A stretch of 54,391 bases of DNA, taken from the sequence record SRR2962707_5052, one strand, 5' to 3'. Below are positions 10,766-20,956 of this stretch, piece by piece; within the stretch, counting starts at the first letter, position 1, and every line of letters begins with the position of its first letter. Both the position numbers and the translations under genes were made by a program. The notes beneath the pieces were generated by a model, which made no database searches, was not told the DNA's origin, and saw only the letters and a list, made by a program, of their open reading frames with translations.

Positions 10766-12124
10766 ATGAGTAATTCTTTAATTCAAAAATACAATGTTCC
10801 TGGGCCTAGATATACAAGTTATCCTACAGTGCCATTTTGGGACTCAAGTACTTTCTCTTCAGAAAAATGGAAAACTTCAATTAAACAATCGTTCTCAGAA
10901 AATAATGGAGAGTTAAGTCTTTATATTCATTTACCATATTGCGAAAGCTTGTGTACTTTTTGTGGGTGTCATAAGCGAATTACAAAACGACATGAATTAG
11001 AATCGCCGTATATAAAAACTCTTTTAGAAGAGTGGAAACTATATTTATTTTTATTTGAAACTACTCCTAAAGTTAAAGAAATTCATCTAGGAGGTGGGAC
11101 TCCAACTTTTTTTTCAGCAGAAAACCTCAAGCAATTAATCGATGGGATTTTTAAATATGCTGAAAAAGCAGATGATTATGAATTCAGTTTTGAAGGACAT
11201 CCAAATAATACAACAAAGGAACATTTACAAACACTATATAATTTAGGGTTTAGAAGGGTTAGTTATGGGGTTCAAGATTATAATCTGGAGATACAGCAAG
11301 CAATACACAGAATACAACCTTTTGAAAATGTAAAAAAAGCGACCGATTTGGCTAGGGAGATTGGTTACACATCTATAAGTCATGATTTAATTTTTGGTTT
11401 GCCATTTCAGAAAATGGAACATGTGGTAGACACTATCAATAAAACCTTGTTATTAATGCCAGAACGAATAGCTTTTTATAGTTATGCTCATGTGCCATGG
11501 GTAAAGGGAAACGGGCAAAGAGGGTTTGATGAAAATGATATTCCGAAGGGAGATGAGAAACGTACTTTGTATGAAACTGGTAAAAAATTATTGGAAGAGT
11601 TGGGGTATATTGAAATCGGAATGGATCATTTTGCGCTAAAAAGAGACAGCCTAACCATGGCGATGAATGAGAAAGAATTACATCGTAATTTTATGGGATA
11701 TACTACCCAAAAAACAAATATGATGATTGGGCTTGGAGCATCTAGTATAAGCGATAGTTGGTATGCATTTGCTCAAAATGTAAAAAATATAGAGGAGTAC
11801 TCGCAGTTGGTGGAAGAAGGAATTATACCCGTTTTTCGAGGACATGTTTTAGATAAAGAAGATTTGATAATTAGGAAGCATATTTTAAATTTAATGTGTA
11901 ACCTTCAGACTTCATGGGAAAGTTCTGATAGCATTTTTGAAGACTTACCTAATGTAGTGACTGCTCTATCTGAATTTGAAAACGATGGACTAATTTCAAT
12001 TTGTAGAGGTCGGCTTATTGTAAATGAAAAGGGGAGACCATTTGTAAGAAATATTTGCATGGCTTTTGATATGTACTTAAAGAAATCAAAACCTGAAAAT
12101 AAGTTATTCTCAATGACTGTTTAG
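10766..12124 (+). CDS. hemN: Oxygen-independent coproporphyrinogen III oxidase
   Basis: PGPRYTSYPT, radical SAM CESLCTFCGC, HLGGGTPT, IGMDHFAL, LHRNFMGY; ATG 10766 preferred over GTG 10748, which abuts the -7 element. Confidence 0.95.
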   Translation: MSNSLIQKYNVPGPRYTSYPTVPFWDSSTFSSEKWKTSIKQSFSENNGELSLYIHLPYCESLCTFCGCHKRITKRHELESPYIKTLLEEWKLYLFLFETTPKVKEIHLGGGTPTFFSAENLKQLIDGIFKYAEKADDYEFSFEGHPNNTTKEHLQTLYNLGFRRVSYGVQDYNLEIQQAIHRIQPFENVKKATDLAREIGYTSISHDLIFGLPFQKMEHVVDTINKTLLLMPERIAFYSYAHVPWVKGNGQRGFDENDIPKGDEKRTLYETGKKLLEELGYIEIGMDHFALKRDSLTMAMNEKELHRNFMGYTTQKTNMMIGLGASSISDSWYAFAQNVKNIEEYSQLVEEGIIPVFRGHVLDKEDLIIRKHILNLMCNLQTSWESSDSIFEDLPNVVTALSEFENDGLISICRGRLIVNEKGRPFVRNICMAFDMYLKKSKPENKLFSMTV

Positions 12125-12166
12125 TAGCTTTTTAGAGTTTAGAGAGGGGTGCTCAAAAAAATATTT

Positions 12167-12874
12167 TTAAGGAACAATACAATCGGGATTGGCTTTTACC
12201 ATTAATTGAATGTCCGATGGCGACAGGTATGGGATTCCCAAACCTAAGCCGCGTACAATAAATAATATACCTATACAGATAACGAAAACAGGAATTGCTT
12301 TCGTTATTTTTTTTCGTACAGAAACCGATAAGAAATTGCCTAAATAAACAGCACTTGTCATTAACGGAATGGTTCCTAATCCGAAGAAAACCATATAGAT
12401 GGAGCTTTGGTAGGGATTGCCTAATGCTATGGCAGTAAATAACGCCATATAAACTAATCCGCATGGGAGGAACCCATTTAAAAAGCCAATTGAAAAGAGT
12501 GCTGAAGTTTTTTTCTTTTTAAGCTGTTTTCCTAATGCCGATTGTACTCTGGAAATCCAAAGCATCATCTTTTTTGTAATGAGATTACTTTTAGTTTTTT
12601 TTAAAGGAATTAATGCAATTAAAATAATAATAATGCCTATAATTATTGATAAGCGTTGTTGTAGTCCGCTTACAAAAAGCCCTTTTCCTAGCCATCCAAA
12701 AATAAAACCAATAAGGGCATAAGTCAAAATTCTTCCTGAATGATAAATTACTATTTGAAATGCTTTTTTTGTTTTGTTTTTATGATCTAATGGTAATAAA
12801 AAGGCAATAGGGCCGCACATTCCAATACAATGGAAGCTTCCTAACATTCCTAATATTACTGCAGATAAAAGCAT
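12167..12874 (-). CDS. DsbD_2/TauE-like membrane protein of cbb3 assembly cluster
   Basis: GSFHCIGMCGP, YHSGRILTY, NGFLPCGLVY, FGLGTIP; last gene of cco cluster. Confidence 0.85.
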   Translation of the reverse strand: MLLSAVILGMLGSFHCIGMCGPIAFLLPLDHKNKTKKAFQIVIYHSGRILTYALIGFIFGWLGKGLFVSGLQQRLSIIIGIIIILIALIPLKKTKSNLITKKMMLWISRVQSALGKQLKKKKTSALFSIGFLNGFLPCGLVYMALFTAIALGNPYQSSIYMVFFGLGTIPLMTSAVYLGNFLSVSVRKKITKAIPVFVICIGILFIVRGLGLGIPYLSPSDIQLMVKANPDCIVP

Positions 12875-12878
12875 AGTT

Positions 12879-13325
12879 TTATAAACTTAATTCTTTTTTA
12901 TAGTAAAACCCTTCATTGTGGTAACTCCAATCTACCTCTATATTCCAACGTCCGCTAGGAAGTTTTTCTTCAGGAATCAAAAAAGTAGAATTAGTAAGTT
13001 TCAAAATAGTATTAAAGTCTAATTTTTTATTGGAAGGACGATAGAGAAATACCTCGCCTGTAACTTCCTCCACATTAATTTCAGAAGGGAAAGTAATAAG
13101 CAATCCTTCGGCAATGTTTTCAACATTTAATTGAAATCCTTTTTCCTTAGCTTTTTGAGCTTTATTAATTTTACTTTGGTATTCGAGTTCCTTTTTATAG
13201 TAATCTTTGGTAACTAAATCGTGGTCGTATATTTTGTTAGTATTCATCTTGATAACAAAGTACATGATGAAACTAATAAATAGTACAAAGGCAATAATAA
13301 TTCCTGTTCCCCAGTTAAATTTCAT
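12879..13325 (-). CDS. ccoH: FixH/CcoH cbb3 assembly protein
   Basis: MKFNWGTGI + TM, DLVTKDYYKKELEYQ, LYRPSNKKLD; position after ccoG. Confidence 0.85.
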   Translation of the reverse strand: MKFNWGTGIIIAFVLFISFIMYFVIKMNTNKIYDHDLVTKDYYKKELEYQSKINKAQKAKEKGFQLNVENIAEGLLITFPSEINVEEVTGEVFLYRPSNKKLDFNTILKLTNSTFLIPEEKLPSGRWNIEVDWSYHNEGFYYKKELSL

Positions 13326-13332
13326 AGCTTTT

Positions 13333-14754
13333 TTATTTTCTGTAACTTCTTGGACCTAAAAATGTAGTCGAAGTTGTTTCGATTAATGTATTGTTGCTAA
13401 AGACACCAATTTTTAATGTCGTTTTATCTTTTTGTAAAAAGGCTTTATCAATTTCAATAAATAAAGTTCCTTCGTGTAATCCTTCTTTAGGAATGTCAAA
13501 ATTTTCCTTAGAAACTAATTTAACTTCTCCTTTGGGGCTTAATAATTCAAAATGAATATTATCAATTTCTTTTACTGTTTTATTGATAATTTTAAAGGTA
13601 TAGACATTGCTAATAATATGCTCCCCTTTGTGTTCATAGAGTTGTCCAGGAAGTCTAAGAATACTTGCTTCTACATCGTTTCTTAAAAATAACATTCCTA
13701 TAAGGAGACCTATTAAAATTAATAAAACAGCAGCATAGCCTTTTAGTCTAGGAGTAAGTTTAAAAGAAGCCTTTTTTTCAATATTCTCTTCACTTGCATA
13801 GCGAATTAACCCTTTTGGTAAATTCACCTTTTCCATAATTGTATTACACTCATCAATACAAGCAGTACAATTAACACATTCTAGTTGTGTTCCATTTCTA
13901 ATATCAATTCCAGTGGGGCAAACATTTACACATTGTTTGCAGTCTATACAATCTCCAACCCCAAGCGCATCTCTATCTTCTCCTTTTTTGAATTTTTTTC
14001 TTCCATTTTCAGCCTCTCCACGTTTATGATCGTAGGCCACAATGATAGATTTAGTGTCGAGGAGTACGCCTTGTAATCTTCCGTAGGGACAAGCAATAAT
14101 ACAAACCTGTTCTCTAAACCACGCAAAAACAAAATAGAAAACTGCTGTAAATATGAGTAATGAAATAAGGGTTGAAATATGGTCAAATGGGTTCTCGGTT
14201 ATATAGCGTAAAAGTTGATCGCTCCCAATGAGGTAAGCAAGAAAAACATTAGCTATAATAAATGAAATACAAAAAAAGATAAACCATTTTAAAGTTCTTT
14301 TTCTAATTTTTTCTGCGTTCCATTCTTGCTTTTCTAAACGCATTTGCGCACCACGGTCGCCATCAATCCAATATTCAATACGTCTAAAAACCATTTCCAT
14401 AAAAATGGTTTGTGGGCAAATCCATCCACAAAATATTCTTCCAAAAGCTACAGTAAATAAAGTAATAAAAACTACTCCAATAATCATGCAGATTACAAAT
14501 AGATAGAAGTCTTGTGGCCAAAACGGGAAACCAAAAATATTAAACCTTCGTTCTAAAACATTAAAAAGCAAAAACTGATTCCCGTTAATTTTAATGAAAG
14601 GCGCTAAAATTAAAAAGGCAAGCAGGAAATAGCTCACATATTTACGATATGTATAGAATTTTCCATTTGGTTTTTTTGGAAATACCCATGCTCTTTTCCC
14701 TTCTTCATTAACAGTACCGATAGAATCTCTAAAATTTTCTTCGGACGTTTCCAT
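13333..14754 (-). CDS. ccoG: Cytochrome c oxidase accessory protein CcoG/FixG
   Basis: GRIFCGWICPQT, REQVCIIACPYGRLQ, CIDCKQCVNVCPTGIDIR, ECVNCTACIDEC. Confidence 0.95.
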   Translation of the reverse strand: METSEENFRDSIGTVNEEGKRAWVFPKKPNGKFYTYRKYVSYFLLAFLILAPFIKINGNQFLLFNVLERRFNIFGFPFWPQDFYLFVICMIIGVVFITLFTVAFGRIFCGWICPQTIFMEMVFRRIEYWIDGDRGAQMRLEKQEWNAEKIRKRTLKWFIFFCISFIIANVFLAYLIGSDQLLRYITENPFDHISTLISLLIFTAVFYFVFAWFREQVCIIACPYGRLQGVLLDTKSIIVAYDHKRGEAENGRKKFKKGEDRDALGVGDCIDCKQCVNVCPTGIDIRNGTQLECVNCTACIDECNTIMEKVNLPKGLIRYASEENIEKKASFKLTPRLKGYAAVLLILIGLLIGMLFLRNDVEASILRLPGQLYEHKGEHIISNVYTFKIINKTVKEIDNIHFELLSPKGEVKLVSKENFDIPKEGLHEGTLFIEIDKAFLQKDKTTLKIGVFSNNTLIETTSTTFLGPRSYRK

Positions 14755-14771
14755 ATGCTGTTTTTATAGGT

Positions 14772-14866
14772 TTAAATCCCTTATAGAGGGTTTAATTCTC
14801 TTACGCTTTACGTAAAAAGAATTATTTGTTTTGTTAGATTCCCTCGGGGTTCATTCCGAGGGAGTT
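14772..14866. repeat. Three consecutive hairpins, including a GC-rich REP-like palindrome, between ccoP and ccoG
   Basis: TTAAATCCCTT/GAGGGTTTAA; AATTCTCTTACG/CGTAAAAAGAATT; TCCCTCGG-GGTTCATT-CCGAGGGA (14840-14863). Confidence 0.55.
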
Positions 14867-14951
14867 GATTCTATATAAAAAAGTGGTTTATCTTTTTTAA
14901 GATTGAATAGTATAACACAATAACCTTATAGTTTTTGGTTGCTGTATATTA

Positions 14952-15815
14952 TTATTCAGTTACTTCAGCTTCTTTCCAAATATCTCCTTCTGGTTCTTTT
15001 GGGTCTGTAGGATTTGTTCCGTGTAAGGTTAAAATATAACTAGCAACCAATTGTATTTCAGAAGGTTTGAGAGATTGTTTCCAAGCAATCATTCCTTTTC
15101 CACTTCGTCCACCTTCGGTTATTGTATGGAATATGTTTTTTATTCCTCCCCCTAAAATCCAGTAATCATCGGTTAGATTAGGGCCAATAGCGCCTCCTCC
15201 ATCTGCACGGTGACAAGCAACACAATTTATTTTAAATATTTCAGCTCCCTTTTTAATATCCCCATCTTCTGTTAAGGCTACTACAGTTTTAGCATCTACT
15301 AAATCTACCGCAGTTTTTTTGTATTCTTCAATAGCAATTTTTGCAGCAGCAACTTCTTTTTCATATTCTACTTTTTGAGAATCGCCATTTAAAACTTCAT
15401 ATTTAATTAAATAAATGGCTGCAAAAAGTATACTTGCATAGAATCCATATAACCACCATGGCGGCAATGAATTATCTAGTTCTTTAATTCCGTCGTAATT
15501 ATGATCTAAAATAATTTCCCCTTCTTCTTCAATAGGTTTTGTTTTGGTTAGTTTTTTAAGAAGGTTTTTATACCATGAATTTTCTTCAGCTTCTTTAAGT
15601 TGTTCTTCAGACAACAGCGCTTTTGTAAGGCTATTCATGGAAGCTACAACTATTTCAACAGCAACAAGTAGTAGTGTAAATAACACTAGAAATATAGCTA
15701 CTTGTGGATATTCTATAAAAGCTGGTTTACTTCCAGAATCTATAAAATATTCAGCAGCACAAAAAACAATAAAAACTATTAGTAGAACTCGTAAATATGA
15801 TGTAAAATTTCTCAT
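14952..15815 (-). CDS. ccoP: cbb3-type cytochrome c oxidase subunit III
   Basis: DHNYDGIKELDNSLPPWW, single CVACH, GPNLTDDYW, GMIAW. Confidence 0.93.
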   Translation of the reverse strand: MRNFTSYLRVLLIVFIVFCAAEYFIDSGSKPAFIEYPQVAIFLVLFTLLLVAVEIVVASMNSLTKALLSEEQLKEAEENSWYKNLLKKLTKTKPIEEEGEIILDHNYDGIKELDNSLPPWWLYGFYASILFAAIYLIKYEVLNGDSQKVEYEKEVAAAKIAIEEYKKTAVDLVDAKTVVALTEDGDIKKGAEIFKINCVACHRADGGGAIGPNLTDDYWILGGGIKNIFHTITEGGRSGKGMIAWKQSLKPSEIQLVASYILTLHGTNPTDPKEPEGDIWKEAEVTE

Positions 15816-16003
15816 GATGTTAGGTCGGTTTTATCGTTATTGTCTAATGGAAACTGACTCAATTTATTGATATAATCTTTTTTAGCAGTAAAAACCCACC
15901 AAAATAGAATTACAAAAAAGACGAAAAATATAAGTAGGGAAAAGATGGGGTAGATTGCAACCCCGTCTATCGATTCCATGTAATTTTTAACAAACTTCAT
16001 CAT
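15812..16003 (-). CDS. ccoQ: cbb3-type oxidase subunit CcoQ
   Basis: 63 aa single-TM protein between ccoNO and ccoP, with PL motif near the C-terminus. Confidence 0.85.
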   Translation of the reverse strand: MMKFVKNYMESIDGVAIYPIFSLLIFFVFFVILFWWVFTAKKDYINKLSQFPLDNNDKTDLTS

Positions 16004-16005
16004 AA

Positions 16006-18210
16006 CTATTTGGTTTTACTAGTTGATTCTTCTTGATTGAAATCTATTTTTATATCAGTTCCTAATCGTTGTAAATAAGCAATTAACGCTACAATTTCAC
16101 GATTCTTCATTTCTACAAAATCTTCATTATTAAGTTCAGCTGCACGCTTATCTTCTTCATAAGTTTCTTTAAAATCAGGATCTTGATATAAGTTTTGTTC
16201 TATAGTATGCGCTTGTTTGTCCATGTCTTGTTGCGCATTAGCTATTTCTTCTTCCGTATATGGAACTCCAAGTTTTACCATAGCTTTCATTTTAGCTTCT
16301 ATGTCAGATCGGTCGAGTTCGTCCATAATTAACCAACGGTAAGAAGGCATAATACTTCCTGCGGATGTACTCTGTGGATCGTACATATGGTTAAAGTGCC
16401 AGTTGTCGTTATATTTTCCTCCAATACGATGTAAATCTGGTCCAGTACGTTTACTTCCCCATAAAAATGGATGATCGTAAACATATTCCCCTGCTTTGGA
16501 ATATTCTCCGTAGCGCTCTACTTCACTTCTAAAAGGACGAATCATTTGTGAATGACAAGAAACGCATCCTTCTCTAATATAGATATCCCTTCCTTCTAAT
16601 TCTAATGGGGTGTAAGGCGTAACACTTGAGATGGTTGGGATATTAGATTTAACCAATAATGTGGGCACAATTTGAACGATTCCTCCAATTAGAATAGCTA
16701 TAGTTGCTAGAATTGTTAATTGTACGGGTTTTCTTTCTAACCAACTGTGGAAATTTTCTCCTGAAAGTCTCTTTTTAGAAACTCTTGTTAAAGGAGCAGC
16801 TTCCGCTAATTCATCCTTAACATCTACCCCTAGCTTAATAGTTCTTACGGCATTGTAAACCCCTATGGCAGCACCAATTAAATACATGGTTCCTCCTGCG
16901 GCTCTCATAGCGTACATTGGAATGATTTGCTGTACTGTTTCTAAGAAATTTCCGTAGAGCAACGTTCCGTCTGGATTAAATTGATTCCACATGGAAGCTT
17001 GTGTAAATCCAGCTACATACATTGGAAGTGCATAAAGTATAATTCCTAACGTTCCAATCCAGAAGTGGAAGTTGGCTAATTTTAATGAATATAACTTTGT
17101 TTTGAACATTTTTGGAACTAGGTAATAAATCATTCCAAATGTTAAGAAACCATTCCATGCTAATGCCCCTACGTGTACGTGTGCAATAATCCAATCGGTA
17201 AAATGCCCAATAGCATTTACAGATTTTAAAGAAAGCAAAGGACCTTCAAATGTTGCCATTCCGTAACCTGTAATAGCTACCACAAAGAATTTTAAAACAG
17301 GATCCACACGAACTTTATCCCAAGCTCCTCGTAAAGTTAAGAGTCCGTTTATCATACCTCCCCAAGAAGGCATTAATAACATTACCGAAAATGCAACCCC
17401 TAGATTTTGAGCCCATTCTGGTAAGGCAGTATATAATAAATGATGAGGTCCAGCCCATATATAAATAAATATTAGCGACCAAAAATGTACAATTGATAGT
17501 CTATATGAATAAATAGGTCTGTTGGCAGCTTTTGGAACAAAGTAATACATAAGTCCTAAAAATGGAGTTGTAAGGAAAAACGCTACTGCATTATGTCCGT
17601 ACCACCATTGTACTAAAGCATCTTGCACCCCTGCATATACAGAATAGCTTTTCATGGCGCTAACTGGAAGTTCGATATTATTGAATATATGTAATACTGC
17701 AACGGTTACAAAAGTTCCTAAATAAAACCAAATAGCAACATATAAATGGCGTTGTCTTCTTTTAAGAATAGTACCAATCATATTAATTCCAAAGGCAACC
17801 CATATTACTGCAATAGCAATATCTATTGGCCATTCTAATTCTGCATATTCTTTAGAAGAAGTATATCCTAAAGGGAGCGAAATTGCTGCGGCAACAATAA
17901 TAAGTTGCCATCCCCAGAAATTTAAACCACTTAAAAAGTCGCTATACATTCTAGCTTTTAAAAGTCTTTGTAATGAGTAATAAACTCCAGCAAAAATTGC
18001 ATTTCCTACAAAAGCGAAAATAACTGCATTTGTGTGTAAAGGTCTTAATCTACCAAAGCTTAACCACGAGACACCGTCGGTTAGGTGTGGGAATATAAAT
18101 AAAAATGCGAGCAGTAGACCTACTAGCATTCCAACTAATCCCCAGAACATAGTAGCATAAAGAAACTTCTTTACAATTTTGTTGTCGTAGTAAAATTGTT
18201 CCATTTCCAT
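16006..18210 (-). CDS. ccoN: Fused cbb3-type oxidase subunits I/II (CcoN-CcoO)
   Basis: GRLRPLHTN, QWWYGHNAV, WAGPHHL, AHVH, then CcoO motifs EGCVSCHSQMIRP and WGSKRTGPDL. Confidence 0.97.
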   Translation of the reverse strand: MEMEQFYYDNKIVKKFLYATMFWGLVGMLVGLLLAFLFIFPHLTDGVSWLSFGRLRPLHTNAVIFAFVGNAIFAGVYYSLQRLLKARMYSDFLSGLNFWGWQLIIVAAAISLPLGYTSSKEYAELEWPIDIAIAVIWVAFGINMIGTILKRRQRHLYVAIWFYLGTFVTVAVLHIFNNIELPVSAMKSYSVYAGVQDALVQWWYGHNAVAFFLTTPFLGLMYYFVPKAANRPIYSYRLSIVHFWSLIFIYIWAGPHHLLYTALPEWAQNLGVAFSVMLLMPSWGGMINGLLTLRGAWDKVRVDPVLKFFVVAITGYGMATFEGPLLSLKSVNAIGHFTDWIIAHVHVGALAWNGFLTFGMIYYLVPKMFKTKLYSLKLANFHFWIGTLGIILYALPMYVAGFTQASMWNQFNPDGTLLYGNFLETVQQIIPMYAMRAAGGTMYLIGAAIGVYNAVRTIKLGVDVKDELAEAAPLTRVSKKRLSGENFHSWLERKPVQLTILATIAILIGGIVQIVPTLLVKSNIPTISSVTPYTPLELEGRDIYIREGCVSCHSQMIRPFRSEVERYGEYSKAGEYVYDHPFLWGSKRTGPDLHRIGGKYNDNWHFNHMYDPQSTSAGSIMPSYRWLIMDELDRSDIEAKMKAMVKLGVPYTEEEIANAQQDMDKQAHTIEQNLYQDPDFKETYEEDKRAAELNNEDFVEMKNREIVALIAYLQRLGTDIKIDFNQEESTSKTK

Positions 18211-18213
18211 AGT

Positions 18214-18411
18214 TTATGATTGTTGTTTATTTTTGGTTTTACAAGTTTCAGTTTTACAAGAATCTTTTTTTATTTCATCTTCAAATAACATACGTACAGA
18301 GGGAGTGTAACTATCGTCATATTGCCCAGATTTTACAGCGCTTATAAAGGCAATAAAAAAGATTAAGGCAATTAAAATACTTATTGATAATAGTATATAT
18401 ATAACACTCAT
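18214..18411 (-). CDS. ccoS: cbb3 maturation protein CcoS
   Basis: MSVIYILLSISI...SGQYDDSYTPSVRMLFED; ATG 18411 lies just downstream of the promoter at 18429-18472. Confidence 0.9.
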   Translation of the reverse strand: MSVIYILLSISILIALIFFIAFISAVKSGQYDDSYTPSVRMLFEDEIKKDSCKTETCKTKNKQQS

Positions 18412-18428
18412 GATTGTATATTGTATTG

Positions 18429-18472
18429 CAAAATTATGGGCAACTATTATCAAAAAGAATGACAATTATCAT
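18429..18472 (-). promoter_or_regulatory. FNR-like box plus -7 promoter element of ccoS-NO-Q-P
   Basis: ATGACAATTATCAT (18459-18472), 22 nt, then minus-strand TAATTTTG (18436-18429). Confidence 0.72.
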
Positions 18473-18481
18473 GTTGCCTTA

Positions 18482-20854
18482 TCAAATTAATTTTCTACTT
18501 ACAAAATTTGTACACAACGTTGTAAAAACAACAATACTAATAGAGCTTAGCGGCATTAAGATTGCTGCAATAACGGGAGATAAATGCCCGGTAACAGCAA
18601 ATAATAACCCTATAATATTATAGATAAAAGACAGTATAAAACTTGCTTTGATAATGTTAATGCCTTTTTTGCAAGTGTTTAAATACTTGTTTAATTCAGT
18701 AATATTTCTAGCGTCTAATATTGCGTCGCAGGCAGGGGAGAATATATTTACATTTTCTGAAATAGCTATCCCAACATCGCTTTGCTTTAGAGCACCAGCG
18801 TCATTGAGACCGTCGCCAATCATTACTATTTTAGCACCTTCTTCTTGATGATGCTTTATGTAAATCAATTTATCATAAGGTTGCTGGTTAAAAAGCAACT
18901 TTGTATTTATAGGAAGTAATTTACATAAATTTTCTTTTTCACTTGCATTATCTCCAGATAAAATTACAAGTTCATATTTTTTATTGAGTTTATTAAATAG
19001 TTTAGAGATGCCTTTTCTGTATTGGTTATAAAAAACATACCTTCCTTTATATTTATTATTTGTACTAATATGAACACTCGTTTTTAGCGCTTCTTTTGCA
19101 GCATTTTTATTAACAAAACTTGCAGAGCCTACTTTGATATTTTGATTGTTTACACGGGCTTCCAGTCCTTTTCCTGTAGTTTCTTTAAATTCATCTAAAG
19201 GAATAATATTGTTTGCTTTTAAAAGTTGATAAAGCTGTCTGCTTAATGGATGGTTGGAGCCTCGGAGGGTGTTTTTTAACAAAATCTCTTCATCTGCATT
19301 CAGGACTTCGCCCTCGTAGGTAATTGTGTTTTTATTGGAAGCTGTAATAGTTCCAGTTTTGTCAAAAATTATGGTATCTATTTTTGCTAATTTTTCAATT
19401 ACATACCCATCTTTTAAATAAAAGCCTTTTTTGCCAAAAATCCGTAATAAATTCCCTAATGTAAAAGGTGCAGAGAGTGCTAAGGCACATGGGCAGGCTA
19501 TAATTAAAATAGCTGTAAAAACATACATTGCTTGAGAAGCATCTTTCCATAACCAATAAAAGAGAGATGAAAATGCTATGATTAAAATTGCAATGGTAAA
19601 ATATTTACTTATTTGGTTGGTAATACTTTTAAAATGAGTTGTATTTTCTTTCTTAAAGGCATCGTTACTCCAAAGTTGCGTTAAATAACTTTGAGAAACA
19701 GTTTTTAAAGCTTCTACCTCGATACTATTTCTTGTTTGTTTCCCACCAGCAAATATTTTATCTCCCGAAGTTTTAGTAACAATATCCGACTCGCCAGTAA
19801 CAAAGCTATAATCAATTTTTGCCTCTCCTTTTATAAGAATACAGTCAACAGGGATAATTTCTTCACTTCTAATTAAAATTCGGTTCCCTTTTTTTACGTC
19901 TTGAACTTGAATGTTTTCTTCTTGATTGTTATTTTTAATCACTGTAACTCCTATGGGGAAGTAGCTTTTATAGCTTCTTTCAAAAGACAAAAAGTTGTAT
20001 GTTTTCTGCTGAAAAAATTTTCCAATTAGCAGGAAGAATACAAGCCCAGACAGACTGTCGAAAAAGCCTTGGCCAGTACCGCTTATAATTTCGTAGGTAC
20101 TTCTTATAAAAAGAACAGCAATTCCTAAGGCAATAGGGATGTCTATATTTAATATTTTAGATTTTATGCCTTTATATGCCGAGATAAAATAATCGGAAGA
20201 AGCATAGAAAACTACGGGCAGTGAAAAGGCAAACATAATCCACCTAAAGAAAGGTTTGTAATGGTCAAGCCAATATTCATTTACTTCAAAATATTCAGGA
20301 AACGATAAAAACATGATGTTTCCGAAGGCAAAACCAGCAATTCCGAGTTTGTATATTAGACTTCTGTTAATAGAAGTGTTTTCTGTATTCTTATTTTCTA
20401 GATTTATTTTAGGTTCATAACCAATAGTAGCCAATAAAAGCACAAGACTTTTGAGGTTATAACTTTCGGTTTTATATGTTACTCGAATTGTTTTTTTGGG
20501 GAAATTAACCTGAGCATCTTTTACATTTGAATTTATTTTATGGAGATTTTCCAAAACCCATATACAAGAGCTGCAATGAATTGTTGGGATGTAAAGATTT
20601 ACAATTTGGAGGTTATCATCATTAAATTCAAGAAGACTTTCAACGATTTTTTGATTTTCTAAGATATCATATTTTCCACGAATTTCTTTTGGAGTAATCC
20701 CTGGATTTTTATCTAAATCGTAATAAGACGTTAGGTTGTTATCTGAAAATATTTGATAAACAGTTTTACAACCATTACAGCAAAAAATCTTATCATCAAA
20801 AAATAAGGAGTCTTGCTCACAATCTAGACCACAATGAAAACATGAATTGCTCAA
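18482..20854 (-). CDS. ccoI: CcoI/FixI P1B-type Cu-translocating ATPase
   Basis: CFHCG..FCCNGC, IHCSSC, VTGES, IIACPCALAL, FDKTGT, GDGLNDAGAL; TTG start. Confidence 0.93.
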   Translation of the reverse strand: MSNSCFHCGLDCEQDSLFFDDKIFCCNGCKTVYQIFSDNNLTSYYDLDKNPGITPKEIRGKYDILENQKIVESLLEFNDDNLQIVNLYIPTIHCSSCIWVLENLHKINSNVKDAQVNFPKKTIRVTYKTESYNLKSLVLLLATIGYEPKINLENKNTENTSINRSLIYKLGIAGFAFGNIMFLSFPEYFEVNEYWLDHYKPFFRWIMFAFSLPVVFYASSDYFISAYKGIKSKILNIDIPIALGIAVLFIRSTYEIISGTGQGFFDSLSGLVFFLLIGKFFQQKTYNFLSFERSYKSYFPIGVTVIKNNNQEENIQVQDVKKGNRILIRSEEIIPVDCILIKGEAKIDYSFVTGESDIVTKTSGDKIFAGGKQTRNSIEVEALKTVSQSYLTQLWSNDAFKKENTTHFKSITNQISKYFTIAILIIAFSSLFYWLWKDASQAMYVFTAILIIACPCALALSAPFTLGNLLRIFGKKGFYLKDGYVIEKLAKIDTIIFDKTGTITASNKNTITYEGEVLNADEEILLKNTLRGSNHPLSRQLYQLLKANNIIPLDEFKETTGKGLEARVNNQNIKVGSASFVNKNAAKEALKTSVHISTNNKYKGRYVFYNQYRKGISKLFNKLNKKYELVILSGDNASEKENLCKLLPINTKLLFNQQPYDKLIYIKHHQEEGAKIVMIGDGLNDAGALKQSDVGIAISENVNIFSPACDAILDARNITELNKYLNTCKKGINIIKASFILSFIYNIIGLLFAVTGHLSPVIAAILMPLSSISIVVFTTLCTNFVSRKLI

Positions 20855-20873
20855 TTTCTTAGTTTTAAAAGGT

Positions 20874-20917
20874 CAAATCTCTATAAATATATAAATAAAA
20901 AGTATGATATTTGTCAT
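20874..20917 (-). promoter_or_regulatory. FNR-like box plus -7-like element of ccoI (in the divergent ccoI/fnr spacer)
   Basis: ATGATATTTGTCAT (20904-20917), 22 nt, then minus-strand GAGATTTG (20881-20874). Confidence 0.65.
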
Positions 20918-20956
20918 TGTAAAATGATTTAATGAATAATGCAAAGCGCTACAGAG

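Noticed and set aside
14952-18210. CcoN-CcoO fusion and single-heme CcoP as novelties
   Set aside because: Both are the usual Bacteroidota cbb3 arrangement
18412-18465. Longer ORF-track starts for ccoS (also hemN 10748, tig 39774, CBM9-like 3098)
   Set aside because: The extensions overlap or abut promoter or terminator elements; downstream ATGs give family-typical N-termini
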